A stretch of 64,000 nt of DNA, from assembly GCA_002269645.1 (NCBI GenBank), contig NIVC01001524.1, forward strand, positions 186,001 to 250,000. The letters run 5' to 3'. The notes beneath the pieces are model-generated. The model ran no database searches. It saw only the letters and a list, made by a program, of their open reading frames with translations, and was not told the origin of the DNA. The position numbers and the translations under genes are program-made. The stretch comes from Macrostomum lignano. Lineage: Eukaryota. Shown piece by piece: positions 59,457-64,000 of the stretch (its first letter is position 1; each line of letters begins with the position of its first letter).

Positions 59457-62400
59457 AAGTGCCTTAATGGTTAGTATAAAAACTAATAAACCTTTATGAT
59501 TGAAACATGAAAAAAGCAACTACACTTTTGTGTATGATCTTTGCCACTATAATTACACCTAGGGGGCACAGGTAAAGCATCATCAAAACAAACAAAACAA
59601 AATTTTTCATCAGTTGTACTTGCTTGCTTAAGGAATGTTATATAAATGCAAGATACTAGAATCTTTTAAAAACAAGTTTATCTTTCAGAGAAAAAATAAT
59701 TGGTTTGATGTTTGGTTTAGCCATTTATTTTAGTGCACATTTTTACGTTATAATCTAAGCAGTGATTTTGTATATTCATCAAGCTAATAAAAAATATTGT
59801 ATTCAAATTTAACTTTAAAAGTTAATATACTTCTTAAAAATTAAACCAATTACAAAGTTTAAAAATATCTAAAAAAGATTTTGATTTTTTATAATACATT
59901 TCAACTTTCTTTACATATCTCTAGTTGCAAACAACTTTAAATTTTTTTTAAACTTTGTTGATTATAAAATTCTATTCTAGTGAGGTAAAAAATAATTTTT
60001 ACACTTCTACTTCAAGTATTATAAGCATACATGTGCAACATCTAAAATTATGCTCATTGTATGACTTGGTTTTGACTAAAAATGCAACTTAGTTTGTTCT
60101 TTTTGTGACTTAATAATTTGTACAACTTACCTAAACATTTATGCAAATTACCTAATCATTTTTGCAATTTGGTTTTATTGCAACTTGTTTTAATTTGCTT
60201 TATGATTTTCATTTGACATTTACCTATAGGCCTACCACTCTTCTACTCTATACTAAATCTTTAAATATTAAACATACTAAAATGATATTAAATAACATCA
60301 ATAAATGTAATTGTTATCTTTATTAAATAAAACATACTCCAGCAATAATAATAAATTTAACCTATAAGACCTGACTGCATTATCTATATTGTTATCAAAA
60401 ACAAAAATATTAATTAAATACAGATATCTGAAGAATAGGCCTAAATTTATTTTTTGCAAAATAAAACTTACTTGTTAATGTTTATATTCTATAATTATAG
60501 TACTAATTAACTTAATAATATTTAATCTTGAAAATTCAAATACTTGGATTAGAACTAAGGCAGACTTTTTTTCTTTATGGCTATAATAATAAGGTTCTAT
60601 ATAAAGCACTTCATTTTTTTATTTAGACCAAGGTCTATATAAATAAAAAATGCCTAACTTTAGTTTTTTATAAAGCTTTATAAAGCTGGACAGCATGAAA
60701 AAGGAGCTATGCATGTCAATAAAAGTGATTTAAACAAGCAGTACTTTTAAATAAAGGTCCTAGCTAACTGCCTTGGAAATTGCTTGATTGACTAATTGCT
60801 TTTCAGCCTGCTCTATCTTCTGGGGAACATTTGCCTTTTGCTTCTTTAGTTCTTTATGCTTATTACCCAGCACTTTAATCTTATAGGCCTATTGATATTG
60901 CTTTAGCAGCTTTTTAGCCACCTTGCACTTCTCATTGTTTTTCACTCTGGCTTTTATAATAGGCCTATCTTTTTTCTCAAATAATGTTTAGTCAGTTTAG
61001 TGTCACTTTAATTGATCCACTTCAAGTTCAATTTGCTCAGCAAGTTAGCATTTGCAAGTGACCTCATTGGCCAGGTCTTGTTAGGTTTTCTGCTTTTTTA
61101 GTTGCTGGATTACCATTGCCCATATATAGGCATACACTATGCAGAGAGAACAAGAGCATTTGAGATTTCAAAGTCCATATACATAAAACCAGTTTGCTTT
61201 AGAAAGAAGCCAAGAACAAGAAGCAAGCAAGAATTAATTTAAACCTCTTCCAAACCATTACATTTCTTTGTCAGCAAGTCAAAGAGCAAATTTAAGACTT
61301 TTTCCATTGCCACATGGCATTTTTAGAGCATTGCCATTGGCAATAAGCTTTGCTATTAATGGGTATTGCTCAATGCTATAAATGTGGCATTAGAACTTAG
61401 TGGTAGCCTAGTGGGATCTAGACAATTTATATAGTATATTAGTATATTAGGCTAGGCCTAGTATATTTGATATGGCTAAAAATTTATGCAGGTTTTGCTA
61501 AAAATAGAATATATTCCATAATTTCCACATCATAGGCAAAATTTCTAGTCAGATGAAGGATTTCCATAGCAAGTGGTAGTAGCACTAGGCCTATCTGCCT
61601 GGAAGTTGGGATTGCCCTTTTTCCTACTTTTAAAATCCTAGATTGACCAAGCTGTTTCAAACCTTTTTATATATAAATAATTCTATAAATATGTGAGTCT
61701 ATGACCATGGTCACTACATTGTCATTAGTTGCTAGATGAGGAAACCAAGTTAAGCCTACTAAAGTCAAGGGGCCTACTAATGCCTAATGACAATGGCAGT
61801 CTAGCAGATAGGCCCTAGGTCTAAAACAATATACCTTGTTATAAGACTAGCGGCTAGGCCTTAAGAATAAGAAGGGCAGGGGGAACAGACCAACTATAGC
61901 ATAGGACTAAACTTACATTTAGACATAGGCTTTCTCTAGCTAAAGTCATAGCCTCATACACATAGGCCTAAAGACTAGGTAGTAGTAGTAGGACCTAATA
62001 GTAAATAGGTAACTTGAGATCACTTTAGATTTCAGAAGAATTGATAGGCCTAGGTAGGCCTAGAAGCTAAGCTATAGGCCTAGCCCTAATTGTAGGCCTA
62101 GGTCCTATTCTATAGAATTGTAGGGGCCTATGGCTATATATGAAGATGAGAATTTTCAGCAAAGCCTAGACCTTAGGCTTAGTTAGCTGCACAGCTAAGC
62201 AAAGCTGCAGAGTAAATAACTTCCACAAGGAGAATGTAGGCCTATTCTGCCAAGATTTTGCATAGCATAGGCCTAGGCCTATGCCTATGGCTATGGAAAA
62301 AATAATTTATGGAGGAATATGGAATACAAAAAAATTTATAAATTTATACAGTATCGCTTCAAAAAAAGGAGGATCCGCAGCAGTTTCAGTCCAAGTTATT

Positions 62401-63711
62401 GTGGTAGTTGGGTACCACCGATTGATTATTTGCTCTCATTTGATTTTAATAACATTACAGTTTCTGGACGATAAAATTATGCGTACCCTATTCTGGTCCC
62501 CGTTAGTCCACTCCCTGGCGCAAGTCATGACGTATTTTTGCCCCCTTTCTGTCCCCCTTGCCCCATTTCCTGGCGCTATATGACCAAATTGTGTTTTCTT
62601 TTGTTTTACTATGTATTTCTGCGGTAATTTTGTTGAATCCTTTTTTGGCCTTTTGAGTTTTCGCCCCTCCCCAGTTTCTGGGCCTCGCCAGCCTTTTTGT
62701 GTCCTGTCTCCGGGTATTTATTCCCGCCCCTTGCGCCTGTCCCCTCCTCATTTCGTTGCGTTGCGTTTCGTTTCGTTTCGTTCGTTCGTCTTTTCCTTTC
62801 CGTTGCCTTTGCCTCCCCGTCTCCTTCTGTGACGTCCCGGCCTCTATAACTTCCTTCAGGGATTTCCTTTTTTACTAGTTTAATAACTTTAAGATAACTC
62901 AACTAACTACTGCCTGACCGAAAACTAATTTAGTTTAACTTTTTTTTAAGCGAAGGTCCGCACTAGCTGCGGCACCCCTGATCATCTATCGTCGGTTGTC
63001 TCTTAATTTACGCGCGTGAGACATAGTATAATATTTTAGCTGTCTTTTGTAATAACTCGTTAAGCAATAAACTCGCATTAATTTACTACAATCCGTTCTT
63101 CGATTAAAAGCCATAGCTTAACTTAAGTCATTTACCCGCGTGGGGCGTAAAATAACCCAGTCTCTCCTCGAAGCAAGCTCTGAGACTTTTCAACGTTCCG
63201 TAATACGCAAATTACGGTGGTGGCAGCGCTACTCTACTGTTAGTAACACAACAAGAATACGAGACACATTAAATTTACGGTGTCTGAGGACCCGCCATCT
63301 GAATGCTCGCGCCAAACGAAGACCGCTCGACTACGACCAAAAACTACCCTCCCCCCGGGATTGAGGACCCCGGCAGACGGAGTATCTACGAGTTGTTTCT
63401 ATCGGGATTCGCCCACGCAAATTTTCCGGATTTAATTCGTGCGAAATAACGATGGCGCCCATTCGGAGGCCTGAGCCGCTCAAATTCGACATTAGATCAA
63501 GTGAACACCGGACAATCCCGACCACAACCAAGTCTAAATCGCCCCCACCTCATTATGTTACATGCCACAAATGCCACAAATCGTTTATTTCATTCTAAAC
63601 AGTTAGTAGGCCCCTAAATTTATAAGCAGAACTCTCTGCTTTTACACATTTTGAGTTAAGCTTGAAATTAGAAATCACTTTGTTTTTATCCTCGTTTTAT
63701 TCCTATGTTCT

Positions 63712-63840
63712 TAACTAGAAGACTACTTTTGTCTCTGCATGCACGAAATGCACGCCTGCATGCAGGAATCAAGCATAATGTTTATTTTTTTTTGTTCTGA
63801 CTGAAAGCAAAATATCGTGCGGCGGGTGCTTAACATGGCT
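63712..63840. repeat. Dispersed repeat, CpG-retaining copy of about 48706-48825
   Basis: Reverse complement aligns to 48706-48825 over about 120-130 bp. Confidence 0.7.
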
Positions 63841-64000
63841 TAAAATAAGGCCTATAACTTGTTTCAGTCGCGGGTTGCCACTGTTGAAAACAATAAAATT
63901 TTGCATGCAATTTCCAACCTTTCCACCATAAGTCAACTTTCCCCGCTGTTGGCCCATTTTTGTTTGCACGCGTTGGCGCTTCTTTTTCCTTTTCTAGCCT

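Noticed and set aside
48706-63840. 15-kb giant DNA transposon bounded by the inverted repeat pair
   Set aside because: Homology fades after about 120-150 bp on both sides, with no TSD or terminal signature; better explained as two dispersed copies.
62350-64000. CpG-rich terminal segment with short ORFs and pyrimidine tracts, possibly a gene or element start
   Set aside because: No recognisable protein motif or consistent splice model within the window.

Overview
Eukaryotic (invertebrate animal) genomic DNA with two distinct compartments. The taxon is not determined; satellite-filled introns and short GC-rich exons are reminiscent of Macrostomum-type flatworms (inference). (1) 1-42.8 kb is gene-rich and CpG-normal. 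It holds three multi-exon minus-strand genes rebuilt by hand from GT-AG sites with consistent phases: a voltage-gated Ca-channel alpha-2/delta subunit (19 exons visible, 3' end runs off the window), a 933-aa DSTYK-like dynamin-type GTPase-kinase fusion whose G1-G4 motifs are all intact, and a 450-aa PTB+SH2 adaptor (SH2D5/EGFRAP-like). A Gln-rich orphan gene is nested antisense in DSTYK intron 1. Most large introns are filled by their own minisatellite, which explains most of the long repetitive ORFs in the track. (2) About 42.8-62.3 kb is a transposon graveyard that is almost CpG-free and TpA-rich, with paired internal evidence of C->T hypermutation in CpG and apparently also CpA context (RIP-like pattern). 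It contains hAT derivatives with 8-bp TSDs, a foldback element and an old RTE LINE. That RTE is split by a full-length but frameshifted R2 retrotransposon lying outside rDNA, at a near-cognate 28S-like site, with a 28S-like leader and a snap-back hairpin at its 5' junction.
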